NCBI RefSeq assembly: GCF_963921235.1
Contig: NC_086097.1
Location: forward strand, 114,888,001 to 114,952,000
Length of the DNA: 64,000 bases
Origin: Mobula hypostoma
Taxonomy: Eukaryota
Direction: 5' to 3'
Positions within the stretch are counted from its first letter, which is position 1. Each line of letters starts with the position of its first letter. This document shows positions 11,250 through 24,695 of the stretch, piece by piece. Position numbers and translations under genes: made by a program. Under the pieces are notes generated by a model. It searched no databases and was not told the origin of the DNA. It saw only the letters and a program-made list of their open reading frames with translations.

Positions 11250-14132
11250 TAGAAGAGGAAAGCAATAGTGGTGAGTTCTCTGGCGTGGTGAGCTGTAGTG
11301 ATAGATGATTTGTTAGTTAAGGAAAAAGAAAGGGGATTCTGTGGACAAGAACGAGATTCCTTGATAGCATGTTGCCTCCTGGGTGCCAGGGTCAGGGACA
11401 TCGTGGGTCAAGTCCACAGCATTTTTAAATGGGAGGGTGAGCAGCCAGAGTTTGTGGTCCACATCTGTACCAATGACCTGGGTGATGAGGTCCTGCAAAG
11501 TGACTTCAGGGAGTTGGGTACTAAATTAAAGGACAGGACATCCAGGGTTGTGATCTCAAGATTACTACTTGTGCCACATGATAGTGAGGCCAGAAACAGG
11601 AAGATTATGCAGTTTTACAAGGACATGGTGCAGGAGGGAGGGCTTCAGATTTTTGGATCATTGGGCTCTCTTCCAGGGAAGCTGTGACCTTTACAGAAGG
11701 GATGGTTTGCACCTGAAATGGAGAGGGAGCAATATCCTAGCAGGAAGGTTTGCACGTACTCCGTGGAGTGGGGGAGGGGGCAGTGGGAATTTGAACTAGA
11801 ATCGCAAGGGGAAAGGAAATAGCGCCAGAACAGATAGTGAAGTGGTTGTGGAGAAAGATGTTGTTAAAATTTCACACAAAGTCAGGAATCAATATATTGA
11901 GCATGGTGGGACTAATGTTCTGAGTTGCATTGTAGGAAAGGTAAGTGAACTTAGGGCATGGATCAGCATGTGGAATTATGAAATTGTAGCCATAAGTGAG
12001 ATTTGGTTGCAGGAGGGGCAGGACTGGCATCTCAATATTCCGGGGTTCTATTGTTTCAGACATGACAGAATGGGAGAGATTAAAGTAGGAGGGGTGGCTT
12101 TACTCATCAAGGAAAATGTCATGGCAGAGCTCAGTCAGGACAGATTAGAGAGTTCACCTAATGAGGCTTTATAGGTAGAACTGAGGAATAAGAAAGGTAT
12201 GACTACATTAATGGGATGATATTATAGACCACCCAACAGTCTTCAGTATCTAGAGGAAAACATTTGTAGAGAGATTTCAGACTGTTGCAAGAAGCATAAG
12301 GCTGTGATAGTAGGTGATTTTAACTTTCCACATATTGACTCCCAAAAGGGCTGGATGGGAAAGAGTTTGTCAAACATGCTCAGGAAAGTTTCCTTAATCA
12401 GTACATAGAAGTCGCAATTAGACAGAGCGCGATACAAGATCTCCTATTGGGGAATGAGACAGGGTGGATGACAGAAGTTTGTGTAAGGGAACACTTTGCA
12501 TTTAGTGATCATAATGCCATTAGTTTCAATGTAATTATGGAAAAATATAGGTCTAGTATGTGGTTTGAGATTCTAAATTTTTGAAAGGTCACATTTGATG
12601 ATGAAAAAAAGAATCTGGCAAATGTGGATTGGGACAGGCTGTTTTCTGGCAAAAGTATACTTATTAAAAGGAAGTAAAATTTTGTGAGTGAAAAGCTAGT
12701 ATGTGCCTGTGAGAATAAAAGGCAAGTATCACAGGTTTAAGGATACTTCGCTTTCAAGAGATACTGAGGCCCTGGTTAAGAAAAAAGGGAAGTGTATAGC
12801 AGGTAGGAACAAATAAGATACTTATGAGGTATAAGAAATGCAGGAAAACACTTAAGAAAGAAATCAAGAGGGCTAAAAGAAAGCACAAAGTTGCCCCAGT
12901 AGGCAAGTTGAGGGAGAATCCTAAGGGGTTCTACAGATATGTTAAGAGCAAAAGGATTGCAAGGGACAAAATTAGATAGATAGACATACTTTATTGATCC
13001 CGAGGGAAACTGGGTTTCGTTGCAGTTGCACCAACCAAGAATAGAGTATAAATATAGCAATATAAAACCACAAATAATTAAATAATAATATGTAAATTAT
13101 GCAGGAAATAAGTCCAGGACCAGCCTATTGGCTCAGGGTGTCTGACCCTCCAAGGGAGGAGTTGTAAAGTTTGATGGCCACAGGCAGGAATGACTTCCTA
13201 TGATGCTCAGTGTTGCATCTCGGTGAAATGAGTCTCTGGCTGAATGTACTCCTGTGCCCAGCCAGTCCATTATGTAGTGGATGGGAGATATTGTCCAAGA
13301 TGGCATGCAACTTGGACAGTATCCTCTTTTCAGACACTACCGTCAGAGAGTCCAGTTCCATCCCCACAACATCATTGGCGTTATGAATGAGTTTGCTGAT
13401 TCTGTTGGTGTCTGCTACCCTCAGCCTGTTGCCCCAGCACACAACAGCAAACATGATAGCACTGGCCACCACAGACTCGTAGAACATCCTCAGCATCTTC
13501 TGACAGATGTTAAAAGACCTCAGTCTCCTCAGGAAATAGAGACGGCTCTGACCCTTCTTGTAGACAGCCTCAGTGTTCTTTGACCAGTCCAGTTTATTAT
13601 CAATTCGTATCCCCAGGTATTTGTAATCCTCCACCATGTCCACACTGACCCTCTGGATGGAAACAGAGGTCACCGGTGCCTTAGCTCTCCTCAGGTCCAC
13701 TACCAGCTCCTTAGTCTTTTTCACATTAAGCTGCAGATAATTCGCCTCACACCATGTGACAAAGGTCCTCTGGAAGATCAGAAGAGATGGGGAAGATCGT
13801 AAATGGAGTTTTAGCATTTGTATTTACTCAGGATATGGACAGAGTCTGCAGAAGAGAGGCAAAGCAGCAGTGAGGTCATGGACCCTATACAGATTACATA
13901 GGAGGAGGTGTTCGCTGTCTTGAGGCAAATTAGGGTGGATAAATCCCCACGGTCTGATAAGATGTTTCCTTGGATCCTGTGGGAGGTAATTGCAGAAATT
14001 GCAGGGACCCTAGTGCAGAAATTTAAATCATACTTAGAGACAGGTGACGTACTGGAGGACTGGAGGATGTTCTCCTGTTTAAGAAAGGCTCTAAATATAA
14101 ACAAGGAAATTATAGGCCAGTGAGCCTGCCAT
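11250..14132 (+). mobile_element. Old CR1 LINE, 5' part (ORF1 SGNH-esterase-like, ORF2 EN); continues after the ERV
   Basis: GARVRDI, VVHICTND, DGLHL (ORF1); AISEIWL, GDFNFP (EN); ends at the YRPVSL codons at the ERV junction. Confidence 0.85.
12974..13762 (-). mobile_element. Rex1/Babar-like LINE 3' fragment
   Basis: ORF FVTWCEANYLQLNVKKTKELVVDLRR...YKYLG...SRLYFLRRLRSF; (TCTA)n tail; the CR1 rejoins across it. Confidence 0.8.
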
Positions 14133-14610
14133 TATTGGAAAACATTGTAACACTATAGTGAAATCACTGACTGTTTTCTAGGTATTTACTCAAGTGTTTA
14201 CTCAAGTATTCATTATGCTTTTATTGCGCATCAAGTGTTTATTCAGGTGTTTACTATGCCTTTACTACACATTAAGTGTCTGTTATTGAGTGCATAGGGG
14301 ATTCCTACAGTACTTTATGATGTAACCATTGATTTACTAGCTAGAATGACACCTGTGTACCTCTTGAGAAAGAAGAATGTAACCAAGTAGAGAGATAAGG
14401 GTGGTTGACTTATTAGCTAGAGTGAAACATACAGTGGTATGCTAATGTAATTAAGCTGGAAGGGGGGGCTATAAAGAATGCTGTGTCAAAAAGATCAGTA
14501 GGCATTCAACGGCTAGCTCACTGACTGCCTCAGCTTTAATTTGCAAATTAAAGTTTAAAAACTTCTTGGAGAATCTTTGGCGTCTCCTTGTCATTTGTAA
14601 AACCACGACA
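14133..14610 (+). repeat. ERV 5' LTR (TATAAA 14470-14475, ATTAAA 14547-14552)
   Basis: Direct repeat of 26641-27119; ends in CA just before the PBS. Confidence 0.95.
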
Positions 14611-14614
14611 AAAC

Positions 14615-14632
14615 TGGCGGAGTCGGCAGGAT
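14615..14632 (+). promoter_or_regulatory. Primer binding site, tRNA-Ser
   Basis: TGGCGGAGTCGGCAGGAT, one mismatch to the complement of the vertebrate tRNA-Ser 3' end (TGGCGTAGTCGGCAGGAT). Confidence 0.85.
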
Positions 14633-15246
14633 CGGGAAGAGACCCGTGGATGAAGGAAACGGCAGATTGAGGGCACTTTCCGTCCCTGGGGGACCTCCAC
14701 AGAGCTAGCAGAATTCAGGGTGCACCCAAACAAAGGTAATCGCTTTTTAGCGACAATTTGGACTAAGAAGTCTGTTGGTTTTTGTGGAGATCTCGGGGAC
14801 TCAGAAGTGTGAAACAACTGCTGAAGGGTCTCTCCGATTCAAAGAATCTGGCAGAATTGAGGGTTAAAAGGAGGCTCGGAGGATTGATCAAGAACACTGC
14901 AGTGGGGGGTGAGTATGAATAGGGTAACGAGAAGTTAAGTAAGAAAAATTCCACATGGCGTTGGTAAGTCCCTGTGGGTACCGCTTCGTACGAGACGAAG
15001 GTCTGAACAGGCAGGGAAAGAAAGAAAAGAAGGGAAAATCCTCGTGAATACTGCCTTAAGAAAAGTAAGGGTCTGAATAGACGAGGTGCAAAAAGAAGGT
15101 TCTGCGGATACTGCCCGGAAAGGGGTCTGCACGGGCAGAACAGAATAGAAGATAAGGATAGCTTAAGTAGATAATTTAGACATGGGTGAGAAGAAACCAG
15201 AAGGTTAGATAGAGAAATAGGTTACAAAAATTAGCATTACCGAGGT

Positions 15247-17492
15247 GTGAGACATCAAGAATACCTTAAAAAGGGGAAGAACAACATGAGAAGGAAAGGA
15301 ACAGCAGTAGAAATACTGAGCAAAATATTCCCGGTGTGTCAAGGTAAGATCGCGGAAATTTCAGAAAAATGGGAAAAAAGAACCAAAAATCTGGTCACGA
15401 AATGGCTGAAAGAAGGAACATTTGATGTAAGTTTATGTGAGGAAATGGAGGCGCTGATTAAAAATCACAAACTAAGAGATAAATCCAAGAAAAGAGAGAA
15501 AAAAAGAAAATAGAAGATAGAAGTGTTAAAACTCTTTAGGACGGAGGGAGAAAGATTGAGAAAGAAAGGAAGAATATCAGTAGTAAGTAAAGAAGACACT
15601 GAGAAACAAGAAAAGCAGTCTGGTAAACCACAGGAGAAACAGAAAAAGGAACCAACTCTATACCCAAACTTGAGAAATGTAGAAACCCTTCCCCCTTATT
15701 ACTAGAAGGAGACTCTTAAACAGTGCCCTGTATTATCAGGAGAACTAGAACTGGAGGGAGAGTTTAAAGTCTGGGATACCGAGGAGGAAAGAAGAAAATA
15801 TGAGGAGGAGAGGGAGGCACTGTGGAAGGAGATGCAGGAAGACAAGAAAAAAGTAGAACAAGAAAGTAAGATAATAAGAGAATGTATCAAAGAGTTGTGG
15901 GAACTGAGACTGAGGAAAAGTTAGGAGGAATTCCTGTTACAGGAACACAACACTGAACAGGCTGGAAGAGAAGGTGACTTATCAGAAGAGCAAGAGTCAA
16001 GTAATGAGTGTGAGGGTACAAGAGAGTGTAGACAGGGGATAGAAGAGGAGATCCTTGAAGAAGAAAAAGAGAGAGTGGAAAGGGAGATAAGAGAAGCAGA
16101 GAAAGAGTGTAGGAGATTACAGCAGGAATTGGGTTTCCCACTGGATTTCCAACAACCGTTTGAGGAATTTGCGAGGACTCGAGCAAATGCTAGCCTGAAT
16201 CAGAAAGAGAGGACTCCAAGGAGATGTCAAAAGAAAATAGGAAAACAAGGGAGAGAGCAAACCCCGGAGAGATTTGTGTGGCAGCCAGTAAGAACGAGGT
16301 CAGAAGGGGATGAGGAGTTGGGTGAGGAGGAAAATCAGAATACGGGGAGAGAAGGAAAAAAAGTGATGCCATTGTTAGTGAAAGGGTCAGGACAAGTACG
16401 GTATGTTCCTTGGGGCTCCCAGGACCTGGAAGGGCTGAAAAACACCCTGCCTAGCTTACATGAAGGAGCAGGGAAGTGGATTAGAGCCTTTAAAGAAGAA
16501 ACCATGGGACGGTTATTGACTATGGGAGATTTGAAGGCCCTGCTGATAAGGTTGATGGGAACCTCCAAATTAAAAGAGCTGATGGAAATGGCTGGACTAC
16601 TAAATGCGTTCAGCCGAATGACTGACGGGACCAGCTTTGACCAAGTGAGGCAGAAGGTATGGCAGACCCTCAGGAAGCTTTACCCACCCAAAGTGGACCC
16701 CAAAGCTTTGAAAGGGGATCCGCTGGGGGACACTGAGAATCCAGCAGCCTATGTAGAGAATCAGTTGAAAAGGTGGAGACTGGAGCAAGAGGTGGAAAGC
16801 AACCTGTTTATGACCTCGCTGTTCCGAACCACCGTTTTGGATGCAATGCCTCCATAAGTTAAATCTAAACTGGAGGAAGTGGTCGGTCTGACGTCAATCA
16901 ACTCACAAGAATTTAGAGGCCACGTAGTCCATGTGGTTGAGAAATATCGGAAAGACAAATGGAAGCTGATTGAGCAGCAGGAAGAGGTGCAAAGAAAGCT
17001 AACGCAGATGCAGCTTGAAGAACTCAAAAAGAAGGAAAAAGAGAAGGGAAAAAAGATGCTGCCAGTAGCACCCAATTTGAGTGCAACCGTTGAAATGAAT
17101 GAAACACCACTGTATGGAGGAACCGGTCGCGCTGTCAGACAGGGGCCAGAAAACCCCATGCCAATAATAAAGGTCTTTGGAGGAGCATTCCCACGAATGC
17201 CCTATCAGGAACAGAGTAAATTTAAACAGCAGCCCAGACAGGACTGGAAATCCCAAGGAGGGGGACAGAGAGGTTATGGACAAAGAGGGCCAGTGAGGAG
17301 ACGAGGGGAGAGAGAGATAGAGAGACTGTGCTGGGGGTGTAACCAGCCAGGACACATGAGAAGAGACTGTCCACTGAGGTCATGGCCCATCACGTACCAA
17401 CAGGGACCGATGAGAAGGGAACTGCAGGTTAGCCAAGGACCAGTCCCCCAACAGGCTCAAGCGGACCCGTGAACCCCTATGCAAGACGCTAG
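15247..17492 (+). pseudogene. gag: ERV gag (stops and frameshifts)
   Basis: ORF pieces 15247-15513, 16075-16857, 16879-17472; capsid-like YVPWGSQDL; single CCHC knuckle CWGCNQPGHMRRDC. Confidence 0.85.
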
Positions 17493-20400
17493 AGGTGCCC
17501 AGAGAACCCAGGTGGGAAGGGACATTACCCAGTGATAACAAGGGAGGTGGAAGAGGAGCCCATTGTTCAGGTTATGTTAGAAGGGCAGCTGACACCCATG
17601 ATGATAGACACTGGAGCCACGTATACCTGTGTATAGCCGCAGTATGCCCTTCACCTTCCCATCTCAGGAAAATTTTTTAAGACTGTAGGCTCCAGTATGG
17701 TTGGGGATGGGCAGTAAAATAGTTCTGCCAATACTAGTGTCCAAAGGAAATCCGATTAATTTGCTAGGCAAAGATGCACTATTAAAACTAGAATTAAAAT
17801 TAGAATGCACTAGAAATGGGCTGACTGTGGAAAGAGCGAATACTCAATTACTAGTGCAGGAAATCAAGAAAGCTAATGTTTTCTGGATAGGAGACATAGA
17901 AGATCAGATCTGGGAAACCTGGGAAAAATGGAAAAAGGGCATGAAAGCCATATTGCCCAAGGCGGAAGCACCCAAGTCTGAGTTACATTGCACCGTAATT
18001 TTTTATAAAATTCTACGGGATAGCCATCAAGTCCTGGGGACTTACCAGATTGCATTGAAAAAATAGCTTAATTAATTTAGGTTTCAGTAATCTGAGCATC
18101 GAGAATCTTTTGATCCCCAGCCGAGATTTTAGGAAAAACAACCTTCGTAAAAAAGCATTCATTTTAGAGGAATCTAACAGACATTGAGATTTATATAGCT
18201 CAGCATAAAAGTCTTGAAAAATCTTATTAATTTCCTCATATTCCTGAGCTAAGGCAGCATCTTTCCTATGAATTTTCGTGATTTGCCTTTTGGCTGCAGC
18301 CATTTTTAATTGAGGTGCAAGCAGTTTATTATTTTTATCTCCAGACATATAAAATTGACTCTTTAACTTAAGCAAACAACCTTCAATGGGATGAGTTAAT
18401 AACAGGTTATATTGTGATTGAAGTTCCACCCTTTGTTTAAATAAATCAGTACTGGGGGAAATTGCATAAATATTATCTAAATCTTTAATTTGTTTTGAAA
18501 TTCTATCTAATTCTGCTTTAGTTTGCTTTTTAAGTTTAGCTGAATAAGAAATAATCTGACCGCGTAAAAATGCTTTAAATGTATCCCATATAACTAATTT
18601 AGACATACCCCCTATATCATTAAAAAGAAATAATTCTTCTATCTGGGTTTCAATGAGAGTGACGAAGTCAGAGTTTCGCAATAATGTCTGAGACATGCGC
18701 CAATGTGGGCAGGCAAAAGTGACATCATCAAATTCAAAAGACAAACTCAGAGGAGCATGATCAGATATAGCAATAGTGTCATATTCGCAAGTTTTAACAC
18801 TAGGCAAGAAGCGGGGATCGAATCGATCCTTGAATATTTTTTATAAATGTGTGAGAAGAAAGAATATTCTCTATTGTCGGGATAAAGATACCTCCACAAA
18901 TCAATAAACCCAAAATCAATCAAAAAGGAATTAATAAATGACGTGGATCGATTTGGAATTCGCTGATTGGTTGAGCTCTTATCAATCATAGAATTTAAAC
19001 AACAATTAAAATCCCCACCCATTATGAGCATATATTCATTTAAATCAGGCAGTAAAGCGAATACCTTTTTTAAAAAAAGGATCATCTAAGTTAGGACCAT
19101 ACAAATTAACCAAAACAACTTTTCTATTACAGATTTTTCCTTTAACAATTCAAAATCTACCATTAGAATCTGATTCAATATCCTCTTGAATAAATACATT
19201 AGGTTTAATGAAAATAGACACACCTTTTGTTTTACTCTGAGAAGTACAATGGAATTGCAAACCATTCCACCATCTAAAAAATCTATTTTGATTTCCCGCC
19301 CTGATATGTGTCTCTTGAGCAAAAATTATATCAGGTTGGAATCGGTTAATAATTTTAAAAGTCTTCTTTTGTTTAATAGGATGATTCCAACCACATACAT
19401 TCCAACTTATTATATTAATCCGTTTGAACAGCATACTACAATTTCATTCTACTTTATACATGCACAAAGCACATACCAATGCAGGATGATCAAAGATGGC
19501 AATGATGAGGAATACAGCCATGCATGATCCGGAACCACCCAATGGGAAAAAACTAACTCTAAACCCACCCACCCACACCCGGAAACTCGAAAGAGGCAAG
19601 CGATCTACGATAGAATTCAAAGCTGCTGACTGCTCTGTCTGTGTTTTCTTTCCCTCCGCCCAGTTAGTAAAAAAGTAGAGTGACCTTGTGAAAAAGACAA
19701 TAAAGTCTCAGCAAAAAAAGGTATTTACATTCCATCGACTGATAAACAAGAAAGAACCAAAATAATGTTATCTCTTAGAGAGAAAAACCAGCGCCAGGTT
19801 TAAGTTTAATATTAATTCCCTAAAAGAGCTTTAAATTCAATTATAAAATGTTGTAATAGAACAGAAAAATATATAAAAAGCCCTATTAGTAGGAAAAACT
19901 ACCAATTAGCTACGAAGTATTAAATTAAAGGAACAAATCGCCTTATCTTCTTCCCTCAGTCATAAAATGTCCAGAGATAATTTGAGCAGAGATACTTAAA
20001 CCATAAATCTTTCCAAAGGAAAACCAATAATATGCAATAAAGAACAACTCCCCATGTTCTTTAATTAGTCTCTCGATGAAATATACAAGTGACCTTCATA
20101 AATCTTCTTTCCAAAATGCGAATAATGTACAAATAGCCAAACAGACTTTCAGATGGATCATTCAACAGCGGTGTCAGTGACAGCGGCAAAAGCCTGAACA
20201 AAATCCAGTGCAGCTTTTGGATCAAAAAAGTTCAAGGAGGAGAATTAAGAGGGAAAATTTTAATTCTTTTCGGATACCTCAGAGACGGGAAAAATTCTTA
20301 TCATATGCTTGTTTCATTACCAGGGCAAATTTTTGATCTTTGTTCCATTATCTCTCTTGGATAATCTTCGTAGAAGTGGAGCTCAGATGCCATAAATCTA

Positions 20401-23400
20401 AAAACTCTCTGTTTTCTTGCCTGTCGTATTATTTGATCTTTAATTTTAAAGTGATGAAAAACCAGAACAGATCTTGGTTTACTAGAGTCCTTCGATTTTG
20501 AGATAAATGCCCTGTGTGCCCTTTCTATAGCAGGCAGCTCTGATAGAATGGTAGGAAATAAAGTGTGGAAAAGCTTACCAAAGTAAGCCATTAGATCTCC
20601 ATCTTCAGCTCCTTCCTGCAGCCCAACAATTCTTATATTCCTTCGTCAAGACCTAGTTTCTAGGTCTATAATCTTATTTTGATATCTTTCCAAACGAGTT
20701 GTAGCTTCAGACATCTTTTGCTTAGTTATCTTCAATTCCTCTTCGTGTGAAATAACTTGAGTTTCCAAGTCTTTAAGTTTTCCCAGAAATGACTTCATTT
20801 CATTACCATTCTTTTCCAGTTGGTCTTTAATTGATCCATTCTGATCCTTAATTGATTTCAATGTCCGAACGATATCTTCAGCCCACAATGGCATTTCATC
20901 AGATCTTTCCTTTTGCACCTTTCCTTTCCCATTACCTTTATCACTAGGTTCAGGTAAATTCTTCCCACTTCTTGTAGACATAGACATATTGATCACCCTC
21001 AAGAATCAACAAGTAAAAATTTTAAATTCAAAGCTTAAACTAGGGGGAAAGAAAGAAAACTAAGAGCAGCAGAAAAATACTGCTACTCCATTGGCAGACA
21101 GGGGCCGTCCTCCTGCACCGTAATTTTTGACGAGACTGAGTAAGGAGTTAGAGGAGAGATGGCACGAGGGGACATGTACCCGGCAGCACCTAAGAGGAGA
21201 GGCTATAATAATTGGAAAGCAAGAGGCAGCTCTACAAGCCAGGTGGAACACCTTCTTGGAGAAATGGTATAGAATACCGGAAGCTGTGCCCAACATAACG
21301 TTGCTGGTGAATGAAAGATACCTGTCTAAAGACCTAGGACCCATAGTAAAACGCGCTTGAACCTTAACGGTTTGGAGGAAAATCATGCCGGAGGTATGGG
21401 CATCGGGAGACAACAACTACGTTAAAATAGTGGTAGATATAGATATGACAGGAACTATAAAGGAGCTCGAAGTAATTCCTCAGCCGCACATGTCACTATT
21501 GGAAAAGGAGAAAGGTCAGGAAAAAGATAACAGGCTGGATAAGTTACCATCTATTCGTGGTGGCAACATGACACGGACGTAGGGAGAATAAAAACAGCAA
21601 GTCCAGTAGAAATAAAACTGAAAAAGGGAGCAGTTCCACCTTGGAGACCACTATACCCTCTAAGACCAGAAGCAGAGGAGGGAATAGCGCTCACGATACA
21701 GGGGTTACTCGAAGCAGGCGTACTTAAGAGGATAGATAGTCCATGTAATACCCCGCTGCTGCCCGTCTTAAAAGCGGCCGAATCCAAATGGAGACTAGTA
21801 CGTGACTTACGAGCAGTAAATGAGGTAGTGGAGGACTGGCCAGCCGTAGTCCCCAACCCACACACGCTTTTGACTAACGTTCCGCCGGAATCAAGCTATT
21901 TTTCAGTGATTGATTTGTGCTCAGCTTTCTTCAGCATTCCCCTGGCCGATCAGTGTCAGTATCTATTTGCATTTACATACAGAGGTAACCAGTATACCTA
22001 TACTAGAATGCCGCAAGGATTTAAGCACTCACCGCACATTTTTAATCAAGTATTAAAGGCAGACCTAGAGGGCATACCGTTAGAAAGTACATTGATACAG
22101 TATGTGGATGATTTGTTAATTTGCTCCGAAAGTGAGGAGCAGTGTGAACAGGATACCATAATCCTTTTAGAAAGACTGGCGTATGGAGGGCGTAAGGTAT
22201 TCGAAAAGAAGTTGCAATTCTGTAAGCAACAGGTAGAATACCTAGGTAGGGTAATCTCCAAGGGAATGAAGGTGATAGCGCCGGATCAAATTGAGGCAAT
22301 AACTAAAGCTCCTAAACCCCAGACAGTAAGGCAGATGATGATGTTTTTAGGATTAACAGGATACAGTTCAGATTCGATTGGGAATATGCTGAAATCATAA
22401 TGCTATTAAGGAAAATAATGAAGGAAGCAGGACATACAGGTTTGAAGAGTGGCCTACAATGCAACGAGGAGGGAGAAATAACATTTAATACTATTAAACA
22501 GGAATTGCAGTCAGCCCCAGCGTTAGCTTTGCCTGACTATGAGAAGGACTTTCATTTGTATGTATCCAACCGGCAGGAAGGCTATGTCGCAGTGATTCTA
22601 ACACAAGAGATGGGCACAGGAACAGCAAATCAACCAATAGCATAATATATATTGCGACATTGGATGAAGTGGCTCAGGGGTACCCACCCTGTTATCAGGG
22701 ATTAGCAGCATTGTACTATGCCTATGAAAAGGCATCATCCTTGACCATGGGCTACCCTGTGATCCTGTACACTCACCACAAGGTAACAGAATTACTGGAA
22801 GGAGGTAAATTCATGTTGACACCAGCCAGAGTAGCAGCGTATCAGATGTTATTGACATTTCCAGATATAACTATACCGAGATGTACTACCAGTAACGTAG
22901 CTGATTATGTCCCCTTGGGTCATGAAGGAGAACTCCATGACTGTGTTAGGGAGACAATGGCATTTGCCAAATTAAGAGCAGATTTACGATCTGAACCACT
23001 AGAAGAGGAAGATAAAAAGGTTTTGTTTGTAGATGGCTCCTGTTATCGGGATTATGATGGGAATCATGCTGGTTTCTCAGTAGTGCAGCAGGATCGGACA
23101 AGCTTTAAGACTATTAGAATGGACTCCCGCCCCCAACCGTGTTCCGCCCAATTTAGTGGAAATCAAAGCCCTGACAGCAGCGTGCGAAATGATGGAAGGT
23201 GAGAAAGTAGACATTTATACTGATTCGGCATATGCGCATGGAGTGTGTCGTTTGTTTGGGGCAGTGTGGAAACAGAGAGGCTTTAAGAAGAGTAATGGAG
23301 ATCCCATACAGCACTGTCAGCAAATTTTAGATTTAATAACAGCGATGATGAAACCCAAAGCACTGGCTATAGTGAAGTGTCAGGCACATAAAAAAGGAAA

Positions 23401-24695
23401 CCAAGGGAAACCAAGCTGCAGATGAAGCAGCCCGGAAAGCATCTGGATGTACGTTGGCCATCATTGCGCCCCAGGTAAGCTTGGAGCCGGAACCTATGGT
23501 AGAGGACCTGATTGAAATACAAGATAAGGCAACTTTGGCAGAGCAGACAATGTGGAGATGAAGGGGGGGCCAAGCAGAGCCCAGACGGCCTGTGGAGCAC
23601 GGAGGACGGTTTATTGGTAGCACCCACCCCATTGTTGACTATCCTGATTTCAGAAGTGCATGGGATGGATCATTGTGCAAGGGGGGAAGTGATAAGGAAA
23701 ATAAAAAAGGACAGTTTTTGGTCGTCTTATTTACAGGCTTCAGTAGACCATGTGCTGTTGCAGTGCGAGGTGTGTGCGCAGAATAATGTTCAGAAAGGAA
23801 TTACAACCCCAATAGGTCATATACCCGTGCCCGAAGGGCCATTTAAACATTTAGTGATTGACTATGTAGACGTGATAAGGACAGTAAGAGGGAAAAGATA
23901 CTTGTTAGTAGTAATTGACAGATTCAGCAGATGGGTAGAAGCGGTACCCTCGAAAGATCAAGGGGCAGGAACAGTGGTAAAATTCCTGACAAATGACATG
24001 ATCCCAAGATTCGGAATACCTACAGAAGTCAGCTGAGACAATGGTTCAGAGTTCATCCAAAAGGTGGTCAAATTAGTATTGCAAGCACTAAGAATAAAGC
24101 AGAGGATTGGATGCGTGTATCACCCTCAGTCGCAGGGCATGGTGGAAAGAATTAACGGGACCCTAAAAACCAAACTGAATAAAACTTGTGCGGGTACTAA
24201 ACTCAACTGGATCAACGCGCTGCCGTTAGCGTTAATGAGTTACCGCATGCAAACTAATCGAATGACATGCCTAACACCACATGAAATGCTAACCGGAAGG
24301 CCCATGCCAGGGCCCCAGTGGAGAGGACCATATAAAGGGCCTAGCTTGGAACAATTGGAAGTAGAACTAAAACAATACATGCAGCAACTAACCATGACAC
24401 ATAAGTCTATCTATGCACAGGAAAAACGGAAAGAGCCGGAGATCATGCAAAGGGAAGGACCAATCAAGCCAGGAGGTCAGGTCTATGTGCGAGCTTTTTG
24501 AAGAAAGCGGAACGAACCAAGAAGGGAGGGGCCTTTTATGGTAACCAAGGCGTCACCAACCGCAGTTCAAGTAGAGGGACGCTCCACCAGGTATCATCTC
24601 AATCACTGCACCAGAGCAGTCCCGCAGGTACAGCCAGGTGTGGAGCCCGAGGTAAGTGGTGAAGAGGAACGGATAGTAGGGGACAGACAAGAGTA
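17493..24695 (+). pseudogene. pol: ERV pro-pol (protease, 2H-like domain, RT, RNase H, integrase), disrupted by an L1 and frameshifts
   Basis: MIDTGAT (DTG 17607-17615), NLLGKD; MPQGFKHSP, YVDD (22101-22112); LFVDGS, IYTDS; HHCC, D..D..E (SQGMVERINGTLK). Confidence 0.92.
18004..21113 (-). mobile_element. L1-clade LINE: 5'UTR, ORF1, spacer and ORF2 endonuclease; 3'-truncated at the start of RT
   Basis: ORF1 IIDLETRS*RRNIRIVGL...IERAHRA...FYEDY; ORF2 IISWNV, AQETH, GGDFN, SRID, SDHAPL, KSPGLDGYPVEFYK; 15-bp TSD TGCACCGTAATTTTT (17989-18003 / 21114-21128). Confidence 0.92.

Noticed and set aside
14615..14632. tRNA-like sequences (also 40789-40806)
   Set aside because: Only 18-nt complements of tRNA 3' ends (primer binding sites), not tRNA genes
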